Assembly: GCA_963783575.1 (NCBI GenBank)
Contig: CAWAOD010000009.1
Coordinates: forward strand, 576,001 to 640,000
DNA from: an uncultured Spirochaetota bacterium
GTDB lineage: Bacteria; Spirochaetota; Brevinematia; Brevinematales; JAOACQ01
Length of the DNA: 64,000 bases
Direction of reading: 5' to 3'
Shown here in pieces: positions 52,758 to 61,976 of the stretch. Position 1 is the stretch's first letter; every line of letters begins with the position of its first letter. The notes below the pieces were generated by a model. The model was not told the origin of the DNA, did no database searches, and saw nothing but the letters and a program-made list of their open reading frames with translations. The position numbers and the translations under genes were made by a program.

Positions 52758-53194
52758 TGTTAGATTCATTTTATCACTTTAAGAAATTGCCGGATATTAC
52801 CAGTAAAACAAGGTTTGATTTAATTGAATATTCCAATGAATATGAACCACTTCATAACCCATTGAAAAGAACCGGTGATATTGTAATATATCTATGTGAA
52901 AATCATTGTGTAAAAGATTCAGCAAGGAAAACTGATAAAGCAATCACACAGGCAGGCAGTAATATTTCCAGTGTTTATATTCCTAATATTAGCAAGGCTC
53001 AATTTGCTTTTGGAGACTGCCGGGGAACTCAGGACGCTATCCTTATGAATATTCAAGAAAATGATATTCAGCTTTATATATCCAAAGGGAAAAAAAATAA
53101 TGTTCAGGCTTTGTTTAATCTTTTTATTGATAATGAACTTGAAAGTGAAATTCAGAGATTAAAAAAGGAAGCGGTTAAAATAAAAAATGCTTAA
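52754..53194 (+). CDS. Hypothetical island protein
   Basis: Overlaps the xis stop; 146 aa. Confidence 0.55.
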   Translation: MMLDSFYHFKKLPDITSKTRFDLIEYSNEYEPLHNPLKRTGDIVIYLCENHCVKDSARKTDKAITQAGSNISSVYIPNISKAQFAFGDCRGTQDAILMNIQENDIQLYISKGKKNNVQALFNLFIDNELESEIQRLKKEAVKIKNA

Positions 53195-53243
53195 TTAATA
53201 AAGGGTTTCTTATATCACTTTTTGATACATTGTTGAGGTTATA

Positions 53244-54152
53244 ATGTATGATTCAATCTATATGAGATTAGAAACAAATAAACCAGTTTATAATAAATTG
53301 GACAGGGTTAATGAGAAGACCGTCAAAGAGACAGGACTTATTTCTTATCAGGGTTATGCTGGCAATATAAGAGTTAAACAGGATATTTTAGGTATTGCTT
53401 TTGCTGGGAGTCTGCCTAAGCTTTTGTATGGTAATAATATTTCAAGGTTCAGCAGACAAGATACAATGAGGGCAATTGAATATTTAAGCGATACCCTGGA
53501 AATACCTGTAATAAAAGCCAATGTTTTTAGCCTTGAAATAGCTGATAGTTTTATTATGAAATACCCTGTAAATAATTATCTTGATTGCTTAGGTGATATG
53601 AGATATTTTAAGCCAATGATAATAGCAGGTCAAACAAAGAATTATTTTAATAAAAATAAATGTATAAAGTTTTATGATAAAATTATTGAGATGAAAAGCA
53701 AGAAACAGGTTATCCCGGAAATATTTCAAGGCCGGAATGTTTTAAGGTATGAAGTTAAGATTCAGAAAAGGTTATCAGCGGCTTTTAAAATGCCGGAAGT
53801 GAAAGCAGAAAATTTGTACAATGAGGCTTTTTATATCAACGCTTTGAATCTATGGAAATACTTTTATTTTCAGATTGAAAAAAGAAAAAGAATTGTATTC
53901 AATGGAGAAGCGGCCATGTTAGATACAAAAAGTTTTATAAATCAATTAGCATTAATCGGAATTCAATCAATGGGTATGCCTGAAGTTAAGAAAATGATTG
54001 AATTATCAAAAGGCAACATTTCCAGACTTCAATATTCCAGATTGAAAGGAAGGCTTAAAGAATTAGAGAATACAAAAAGCTTTACGGAACCTTTGGAAAC
54101 TATTCAAGAACTTGATAAAAAGGTCAAGCAAGCGGTCATGTATTACAGATAA
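53244..54152 (+). CDS. Phage/plasmid replication protein (gpII/X-like, rolling-circle type)
   Basis: GSLPKLLYGNN, KFYDK, NVLRYEV motifs. Confidence 0.7.
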   Translation: MYDSIYMRLETNKPVYNKLDRVNEKTVKETGLISYQGYAGNIRVKQDILGIAFAGSLPKLLYGNNISRFSRQDTMRAIEYLSDTLEIPVIKANVFSLEIADSFIMKYPVNNYLDCLGDMRYFKPMIIAGQTKNYFNKNKCIKFYDKIIEMKSKKQVIPEIFQGRNVLRYEVKIQKRLSAAFKMPEVKAENLYNEAFYINALNLWKYFYFQIEKRKRIVFNGEAAMLDTKSFINQLALIGIQSMGMPEVKKMIELSKGNISRLQYSRLKGRLKELENTKSFTEPLETIQELDKKVKQAVMYYR

Positions 54153-54167
54153 AAGGGAGAATAAAAT

Positions 54168-54578
54168 ATGATTAGTAAAGACAAGCAAGAAAAATTCATT
54201 GAGTTAAGGGCAAAGGGTTATAGTTTTGACAGTATTGTAAAAGAGATTGAAGTATCAAAGCCGACTTTGATAAAATGGCAAACTGAATTAAAGAGAGAAA
54301 TTAAAAATTTTGAATATGCTATTTATCAGGGCTTGATTGAATCTTATAAAAAAGGTAGGGAAAAAAGAGTACAAGGGTTTACAGAGCTGTTAGAAAAAAT
54401 CAATAAAGAGCTTGTAAGCAGGGAGTTAACCACATTTACAATCAAGGATTTATTACTATTAAAAACAGAATTACAACAAGATTTTAATAAGGAAATCCAG
54501 AATATTAAATACCATACAGGTGAAATGAAAGACATTTTTGAAAATTCAATGCAGACAGAAACCACAATTGATTTATAA
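54168..54578 (+). CDS. Small HTH DNA-binding protein
   Basis: FIELRAKGYSFDSIVKEIEVSKPTLIKW. Confidence 0.65.
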   Translation: MISKDKQEKFIELRAKGYSFDSIVKEIEVSKPTLIKWQTELKREIKNFEYAIYQGLIESYKKGREKRVQGFTELLEKINKELVSRELTTFTIKDLLLLKTELQQDFNKEIQNIKYHTGEMKDIFENSMQTETTIDL

Positions 54579-54605
54579 AACTTTACAAAAATTATACAAA
54601 ATTCA

Positions 54606-54639
54606 GGTAGGGATTTTACTTTTCCCTGCCTATTTTTTT
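54606..54639 (+). terminator. Intrinsic terminator
   Basis: AGGTAGGGA-loop-TCCCTGCCT followed by a T-run. Confidence 0.65.
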
Positions 54640-54829
54640 ACTAAAAAATAATGTTTGCAGTAAAAAAGATATATTAAAAAGAATTCCTTTTATGAAAGAA
54701 AGTTTTGAGAGAGAAGAAAATAAAGAATCAATTTAATTATAAATTTGCATTGATTCTTTTTAACCTTATTTGTATCTTTCAATATTTTTGTTAAATAAAC
54801 AATAATCATTTCTTGCAATAATATTTTAT

Positions 54830-55384
54830 TTAAAAATCCTTATTGTTTGTATTGCTGATAATTGAATTATACATTTTTCTTGATTGTTTTATTAAATCTT
54901 TATCGATTTCATATATTAAATTTCTTTCTTGAGGAATATAAAAAGGCCTTCTATAATTAGAATTTCTTGAAAGAAATGTATAATTATTATACTGAATTCG
55001 ATATTTATTGTCTTTAATATCTATAATCATTGTATATTCAGAAGGATATTGAATACCAAAAATAAAATCATATTTATAATAAATAACACCTTTTCCAATA
55101 ATTTGACCGTTATCCGGGTCTTTATTTTGAATCACAGATTTTGAGTTAATATAATTTACTGCAATCCATTCTATTAATTTATCATAAATCTGCTTTTGAT
55201 TCATTTCAACTTCATAAATTAAAGTTATTCTCTGATCGTCTGATTTTGTGATATGTGTATCGTTTGTAAATAAATCGTTTGTTGAAATTATTGTATTTGT
55301 ATTTGATTCTGTATCGCCATAACAAAAAATAATAAATAAACTCATTATCCATACTGACATAATTATTACAGCTATGTTTTTCAT
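54830..55384 (-). CDS. DUF4468-like exported protein
   Basis: IYDKLIEWIA...SVIQ..D...GQIIGKG...IDIKDNKYR. Confidence 0.65.
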   Translation of the reverse strand: MKNIAVIIMSVWIMSLFIIFCYGDTESNTNTIISTNDLFTNDTHITKSDDQRITLIYEVEMNQKQIYDKLIEWIAVNYINSKSVIQNKDPDNGQIIGKGVIYYKYDFIFGIQYPSEYTMIIDIKDNKYRIQYNNYTFLSRNSNYRRPFYIPQERNLIYEIDKDLIKQSRKMYNSIISNTNNKDF

Positions 55385-55399
55385 ATTTACCTTCCTTTT

Positions 55400-55780
55400 T
55401 TAAAATGTTTCTATTGATCCGCTACATGTTGCTATTACATAAGCCCCGGTTGAGGTGGATTCCTTTTTTACACTTCCATTAACATAAATTCTTGTGGTTA
55501 CACTACCGCTATCAAAGTTATTTTGAGCAGAAATATATAAAAACTGTGAAATATCATTGACTGTAAAAGAATATGTCCAGGGTAAAGCGGAAGCAGATAT
55601 TTGAGAAGTACCGTCTGAACTGTTTTCATAAGTTAGACTTGCAGCCGTGCATTGACCCGACCCGACAACTTCATATTTAATCAAATAACTACTTGCTTTT
55701 GACGATGATGATGATTGATTTGATAAATCACAACTTGTTAAAAATAAAATAACAAAAATAATTCCTATCAAATATTTCAT
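55400..55780 (-). CDS. Lipoprotein with MmpS-like domain
   Basis: LTSC lipobox, IKYEVVG, LPWTYSF, RIYVNG. Confidence 0.6.
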   Translation of the reverse strand: MKYLIGIIFVILFLTSCDLSNQSSSSSKASSYLIKYEVVGSGQCTAASLTYENSSDGTSQISASALPWTYSFTVNDISQFLYISAQNNFDSGSVTTRIYVNGSVKKESTSTGAYVIATCSGSIETF

Positions 55781-56074
55781 ATTATTTCCTCATAACCCCC
55801 AAATTTATTTAATATCTATACCAATGAACCCACCCGGTAAACTTTCCAATGAATCCTCAAAACCTTTCTAAAATAAGACTTCCAGATAACGGTTATTTTT
55901 GTATTCACTATTATACTACCGTCCAGCCGAAAGTCAAGACTTTTGTATAATTCATTCCTTATTTTTTACCTTTGATTTATATAAAATTGTTACCTTATTG
56001 TTACTTACTAAATAATATTATATTAATAATTCTATATATCATATTTAATTAATTTATAATAATGCAAAAATCCT

Positions 56075-56175
56075 TGCTAAAGCAAAATATGCCCTGAGCC
56101 TGACAAGAGCGAGTACAGCCCGGAGCTTGCAAGCATGGAACGGAACAGTTATGCCTTGTTGTTGTTAGCAGTGGC
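56075..56175. repeat. attC-like imperfect palindrome downstream of lysE
   Basis: GC-richer ~100 bp bounded by TGCTAA...GTTAGCA, 10 nt from the stop codon. Confidence 0.4.
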
Positions 56176-56185
56176 AAAAAAATGT

Positions 56186-56836
56186 TTAACTTTTAATGCT
56201 CGTATAAGCATAATATAATGCTATAAAACCAAATATAATTAAACACATATTTGAAAAAGTTATAAATAATATTTTAATTTTCTCATTTATTACTTTTTTT
56301 AATTTACTAATTATAAAAGTAAGTGGAATAAACCATATCATTACACCAACCATAATTAGAAAAATAGTTATTATCATATAATTTTTAGAAATAGGATATT
56401 TTTCATTCCAAATGAGAAAATAATTTCCAGCTATTGCAATCCAACCAACTATAGTCATAGGATTTGTTAAAGTAATTAAAATCCCTGAAATAAATGTTGC
56501 AAATAGGTTAGTTTGAAATTTTATTACTTCACTATCAACTTTTTGTTTATTACTTAAAGATATTATTGATAATATTCCCAGAAAAATTAAAATTAATCCA
56601 CAGATTACCAATGATACTATTTTTAAGTAATGATTATTTGTTATTAGATTCGATATACCAATATAAACAAGAATTATGTAAAAAACATCTGAAACACAAG
56701 AACCTATTGAAAAGAAAATACTATTCTTAAATCCATACATTATTGCTCTTTGACAAGCTATAATAGTTACAGAACCTGGAGGAATAGCAACAATAATCCC
56801 TAATATAATTGCTGATAATAAATAATTAATAATCAT
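56186..56836 (-). CDS. LysE-family translocator
   Basis: AIPPGSV, G...SD, FISGILITLTNP; GGAG RBS before ATG 56836. Confidence 0.8.
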   Translation of the reverse strand: MIINYLLSAIILGIIVAIPPGSVTIIACQRAIMYGFKNSIFFSIGSCVSDVFYIILVYIGISNLITNNHYLKIVSLVICGLILIFLGILSIISLSNKQKVDSEVIKFQTNLFATFISGILITLTNPMTIVGWIAIAGNYFLIWNEKYPISKNYMIITIFLIMVGVMIWFIPLTFIISKLKKVINEKIKILFITFSNMCLIIFGFIALYYAYTSIKS

Positions 56837-57135
56837 TAATACTCCAAGCTTTTTTCGGCATTGCGTACAACTCGATACACGAATTGTATATATCATTTGA
56901 ATAATGTAGTAAAATAGGCAATTATTTCAAAACTTCAATATTAAGTTATTTTAAGTTAGAGATCTGCCGATCAACGTATAGAAATAATTTAATTATAACA
57001 TTTTATTTTGCCACTTGTCAACCAGTTAATTTATTAAATTAAATTTTCTATATTATCTGCAATTAATATTCAAACTCTTAGTCGTTTTCGTCTGTCACGG
57101 AGAAACATTTTTATTTCCGACAAGTTTTCGTAAAA

Positions 57136-57204
57136 TTGATAAACAGTCGATTAAACTATATAATATTTGTTGAGTAAAAATTCTTTAAGAATTTTTACTC
57201 AACA
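57136..57204 (+). promoter_or_regulatory. smc promoter with a perfect 37-bp palindrome over the start site
   Basis: TTGATA-N17-TATAAT (57136-57164); TGTTGAGTAAAAATTCTT-T-AAGAATTTTTACTCAACA (57168-57204). Confidence 0.65.
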
Positions 57205-57319
57205 TGCAGTTCTTGAAGAGAATAAATGAAAGCTTACAAAACTGCACGTTTTTTCTTATATAAGAACGGATTTTTAATAAACTATAATTGCAGTCAAGCG
57301 GCACGCTTGTGGAGAAATA

Positions 57320-60300
57320 ATGGCAAAATACTTGAAAAATATCTACCTTCAGGGATTCAAGTCATTCCCGATAAAAACAAATATCGAACTTGTCGATGGA
57401 ATAACCGGTATTGTCGGTGCAAATGGCTCCGGTAAGTCCAATGTTGTCGAGGCTTTAAAATGGGTGCTCGGTGAGCAAAGCGCTAAAAGCCTCCGCGGAA
57501 GACAAGATGGAGGATGTTATTTTCAACGGGACAAAAGACAGGTCGTCAATGAGCATGGGCGAAGTCAGCCTGACATTCGACAATGAAAGCCACTGGCTGC
57601 CGATAGAATTCAGCGAAGTCTGCATTTCGAGAAGAATATTCCGTTCCGGCGAGGGCCAGTACAGCATAAACAAATCAAGGGTGCGCCTAAAGGATGTTGT
57701 CGAACTTTTCCTGGATACTGGGATAGGGCGTGACAGTTATGCCATTTTTGAGCAGGGAAAAATCGACCGTTTGCTCAGTGAGAGCGCCATAGAAAGGCGT
57801 TCACTATTCGAGGACTTTGCGGGTATCTCAAAGTTCAAATTCCGGAAGGAAGAAGCGGAGAAAAAGCTTGAAAATTCAAGGTTAAATATTGAAAGGGTCA
57901 ATGATGTGCTTATTGAGCTTGAAAAAGAGGTCGCAAGTCTTAAGGAACAATCGGATAATGCCTCAAAGTACAATGATTTCCGGAGTGAACTCCGGCAGCT
58001 TGAATTGAAATTCGAAGCACTAAGGGTTCATAACTTTGAAAATGAGATTATGAACAAATATTCCCAGAAAAAAAATACCGAAGATCGCCTTAAGCCTCTT
58101 CTGGAAGAAATTAAGAAAAAAGAGAAAGACTTAATCCTGGCGGAAGAGGAAATACAAATTAAGGAAACAGAATTTAATGCAATCCGGGATGATTATACAA
58201 AGGCGGAAAGAGAATACGGGGAGATTAAATCGAGGCTCGAAAATAATAAGGAAAGGAAGACTATCCTTATCAACCAGATAAAAAACATGGAATCGCGTCT
58301 TGTCGAGGGCGGAGAAAGGGAAAAGACCTTGAAAGGCGAACTTCAGCAGAAAATGGATGAGATGGATCTGGTAACCGGCGATAAAGAAGCTGTTTATGAC
58401 GAAATGTCGGAAATACAGAATAAAATAGATGTCATTCATAAAGAGATAAAGAATCTTGACTCTGAAATATTGAAGAAGTCGAAAGAACTCGGGTTTGAGA
58501 AAATTATAAGCAAGGATGATATTGATAAGCAGAAACATGAGCTTGTAGCTTACCAGACCAGGCTTGAAAATTACAGGGCTTCACTCGAAGAAAAATGGGA
58601 AAATAGGAAAAACATACAATCCGAATTAAAAGAAAAAAATGATCAGCTCGAAATTGCGCTAAAAGATAAAAATCATCTTAAAACCGAACTTGAAAATGTA
58701 ATTTCTGACATAGAAGGACTGCATAAAAAAGAGTCGGAATTAAAACAGATGAATAATTTAAACGGTGATGAAATAAAATCCCTCCAGTATAAACTCAAAT
58801 CCATGGACAAAATCATTATGGATTCCCTTGAAAAACAATCCGGAATGCTCAAAAAATTCATGGATCAAAAGCCGCTTCTTGAATCGAATATTGATAATGC
58901 CATCAATCTTATAACAGAATGCATCCAGGAAAACCGGCCCTGGGAAGAGACAAGAGAATCGATCGAGAGATTAAAGAACCATTTTAAGGATTACAAAAAT
59001 TATTATGAAAATATTCTTGGGATTTTGTACAGCGATGAAGGTACCTATACTCATAAGGAAAATGTCCAGAAATCAATTGAGGAATTTACGGATAAAATTT
59101 ATCAAACCGAGATTGAGATTGAAACTGTCCGCAGTAAGACAAGGGAACTGCAGACTCTCAGGGAAAGCATACAGAATAATTACAATAAAAATGATTTTGA
59201 AATTCAAAACCTTGAAACCGAGACCGGTAAAATCAGCGAGCAGTTATCTTCAGTTCAGGAATCATCGAAGAACCTTGAAAATCAGATTAATGCGGCTTCG
59301 GAAACCATAAAAAAGAAGCAGATTCTCATTGAAAATATGATGCTTGCGGTCGAGGATTATGACGAAAACATCCGTGATCTGAAAGCAGATAGAAATAACC
59401 TGTTCGATGATTTAAATAAGAAAAAGGTCGAATACGCAAGAGCTGAGGAAAAGTACAAATCTCTCGACAATGAAATCCGCAGGATCAAGAACCAGATATC
59501 GGATATTGAAAAAATGCATAATACATATGATACCGACATAAAGAATTCGGCTGAGGTAATCGCTGAACTTGATAAAAGAATAGTTGATGATGCCAATAAT
59601 CAAAAAGTAATAAATGAAAAGATAAGAGAATTTCAAAATGACATTGAAAACAGGAAATCCATGATAGAGGCAATACAAAAATCAAGAAAAGTGATCGATC
59701 TTCAGCGAAAGGAAATCGAAGAAAATATTATAAAGATGGAAAAAGTCCTGGTGAATCTTGAAAATGCAATATCCGAAAGAAAAGGCTTTCTTGAATCCAT
59801 TGTCGAAAATGCTCAAAAAAATTATTCCATGGACATCCGTAAAGTTGAGATATTGAAGGAAGATAATTTCGATACCATATCAGCGGAAATCAACCGCTTC
59901 AGGATGGAGCTTCAGAACCTGGGCGATGTAAACTTGCTGGCTATCGAGCAATATCAGAACGCGAAAGAAAGAATGGATTTTTTAATCGCGCAGAAGCTTG
60001 ACAGCGAGAAGGCTATGGCTGACATTGAGGCTTTGATTAAAGAAACAAACGCAAAGTGTATTGAGCAATTTACCGCAGCTTTTGAGGATATCCGGAAGGC
60101 ATTTAAGAAGATATTCGCGAGGCTCTTCGACGGAGGCAAGGCCGACCTGGTTCTTGAAAATGAAAAAGATATTCTTAATACGGGAATTAATATTTTCGCC
60201 GAACCGCCAGGCAAAAAATTCCAGAGCATTTCCCTGCTGTCTGGAGGCGAAAGGGCGCTTGTGGCGATCGCGGTGATATTCTCGATTTTATATCTTAAAC

Positions 60301-60554
60301 CGACGCCTTTTGTAGTCCTCGATGAAATGGACGCGCCGCTCGATGATGATAATATCGAGAGGTTTAAAGCCATCGTCAAAGATTTTAAACTTTCAAGCCA
60401 GTTCATAATTGTGTCGCATTCGAAATCAACGCTTGAAATCTGCGACGCTCTTTACGGAGTAACAATGGAAGAGCTTGGAGTATCTAAGATTATAAATGTC
60501 GCTTTTGACGAAGCCGAACTGCTGTTTAAATCGGATGACAATCAGGTCATATGA
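57320..60554 (+). CDS. smc: Chromosome segregation protein SMC; frameshift at ~57499
   Basis: [26 protein letters not shown] after removing one [15 protein letters not shown]. Confidence 0.9.
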
Positions 60555-60718
60555 TAGCTTGTTGAAGGAAATCATTTTAAGTTTATACCTTTTATTTTAG
60601 GGTTAAGTATCAAGCTTATTAAGAGAAATACTTCTTCTTTACAAAAATGCAATCTTTAATTATATTTATATGTATATATGTTTTACAATATTCAATTTTG
60701 CATTAACGGAGGAAATAT

Positions 60719-61402
60719 ATGTTTTTCTGGCATGACTGGACAATGCTTCTTTTGATTCTGCCGTTGATTTTAACTTTTTGGGCGCAGTCCAGAATGAAAT
60801 CAACTTTCAGAAAATATTCGGAAATTGAAGCCGGAAGGGGTGTGACGGCGGAAAAGGTTGCCGGTTTGATATTAAATACATATGGTATTCATAATGTCCA
60901 GATAGAAAGAGTGCCCGGGATGCTGACCGATCATTACGACCCTTCAAAAGGCGTTCTGAGGCTTTCGGAAGCGGTTTACGGCAGTTCATCAATCGCCGCA
61001 ATCGGAGTAGCCGCGCATGAATCAGGGCATGCCATTCAGCATGCGCGCGGATACGCGCCCATTTCGATCCGTAATGCGATTGTACCGGTTGCCGGTATTG
61101 CCTCAAACCTTGCCATACCGCTATTTATGATAGGCTTAATTTTCAGCATACCGATACTGTTGAGGTTGGGAATCTATTTCTTTACTGGGGTCGTGGCATT
61201 CCATTTTATCACGCTGCCTGTAGAATTTGACGCGAGCAACAGGGCTATGAAAGTTCTCAGGAACGGTTCGTTTTTAAACAGGGAGGAACTTCACGGGGCA
61301 CGGGCAGTATTAACCGCGGCCGCAATGACCTACATAGCAGCCGCCTTGATGGCCATTGTGCAGCTCATCCGTCTTTTGCTGTTATCCCGTGGAAGAGACT
61401 GA
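60719..61402 (+). CDS. YugP-family zinc metallopeptidase
   Basis: LTDHYDP, AAHESGHAIQH, TLPVEFDAS. Confidence 0.9.
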   Translation: MFFWHDWTMLLLILPLILTFWAQSRMKSTFRKYSEIEAGRGVTAEKVAGLILNTYGIHNVQIERVPGMLTDHYDPSKGVLRLSEAVYGSSSIAAIGVAAHESGHAIQHARGYAPISIRNAIVPVAGIASNLAIPLFMIGLIFSIPILLRLGIYFFTGVVAFHFITLPVEFDASNRAMKVLRNGSFLNREELHGARAVLTAAAMTYIAAALMAIVQLIRLLLLSRGRD

Positions 61403-61461
61403 TCAAATCGGGATAATACCAATCGATGGAGAAAACGATTCAATGATTTAAGGGGTAATTT

Positions 61462-61974
61462 ATGTCTGATGAAAAGAAAGAAACAGGCCGTGATATTACT
61501 TTTTCAGTGTTCGGTTTTTCACTTATTGTTATCGGAGCTATCCTTCTTCTTGGTAATTTTTTTAACTTCCTTTCAATATCAAAGCTCTGGCCTCTTTTTA
61601 TGATGATACCTGTGGTTATATTTGTTCCGCTCTTAATGCAGGATTTTAACGGCAGCAACGGTGTTCTGGTGCCGACAGGCATTCTTACTTTTCTGACCGT
61701 ATACTTTTTATGGCTGAATTTTGCCGGCTGGCATTATGTTGAATTTACCTGGCCTAATTTCATACTTGCGCCAGCTGTCGGATTGTTTTTGTTTTACCTG
61801 GCAAACAGACGCAAAGCTCTTCTGATTCCGGTTTTTATTTTGACAACGATCGCGCTGGTCTTCTACGGCGTTATGTTTAATTCTAAGATCGCGATTGCGG
61901 CATGCTTTATTCTTGGAGGAGCGGCAATTCTATTCAGCTCTTTCATGCATAGCGGATCAAAAAGAAAGGGCTAA
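61462..61974 (+). CDS. Membrane protein (LiaF/DUF5668-like)
   Basis: Multi-TM, repeated LWP/TWP motif. Confidence 0.55.
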   Translation: MSDEKKETGRDITFSVFGFSLIVIGAILLLGNFFNFLSISKLWPLFMMIPVVIFVPLLMQDFNGSNGVLVPTGILTFLTVYFLWLNFAGWHYVEFTWPNFILAPAVGLFLFYLANRRKALLIPVFILTTIALVFYGVMFNSKIAIAACFILGGAAILFSSFMHSGSKRKG

Positions 61975-61976
61975 GA

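Larger units (their letters stand above)
51400..56070. mobile_element. AT-rich integrative-element remnant (excisionase plus Rep, no integrase)
   Basis: Visible drop in GC; xis-like HTH, gpII/X-type Rep, arm-site-like direct repeats at 55987-56008; boundaries approximate. Confidence 0.65.

Noticed and set aside
51400..56070. Complete prophage or inovirus
   Set aside because: No structural, Zot-like ATPase, terminase or lysis genes seen
20818..57586. Programmed ribosomal frameshifting in pfk, ddl and smc
   Set aside because: No slippery heptamers or common signal; a single small indel restores each conserved motif
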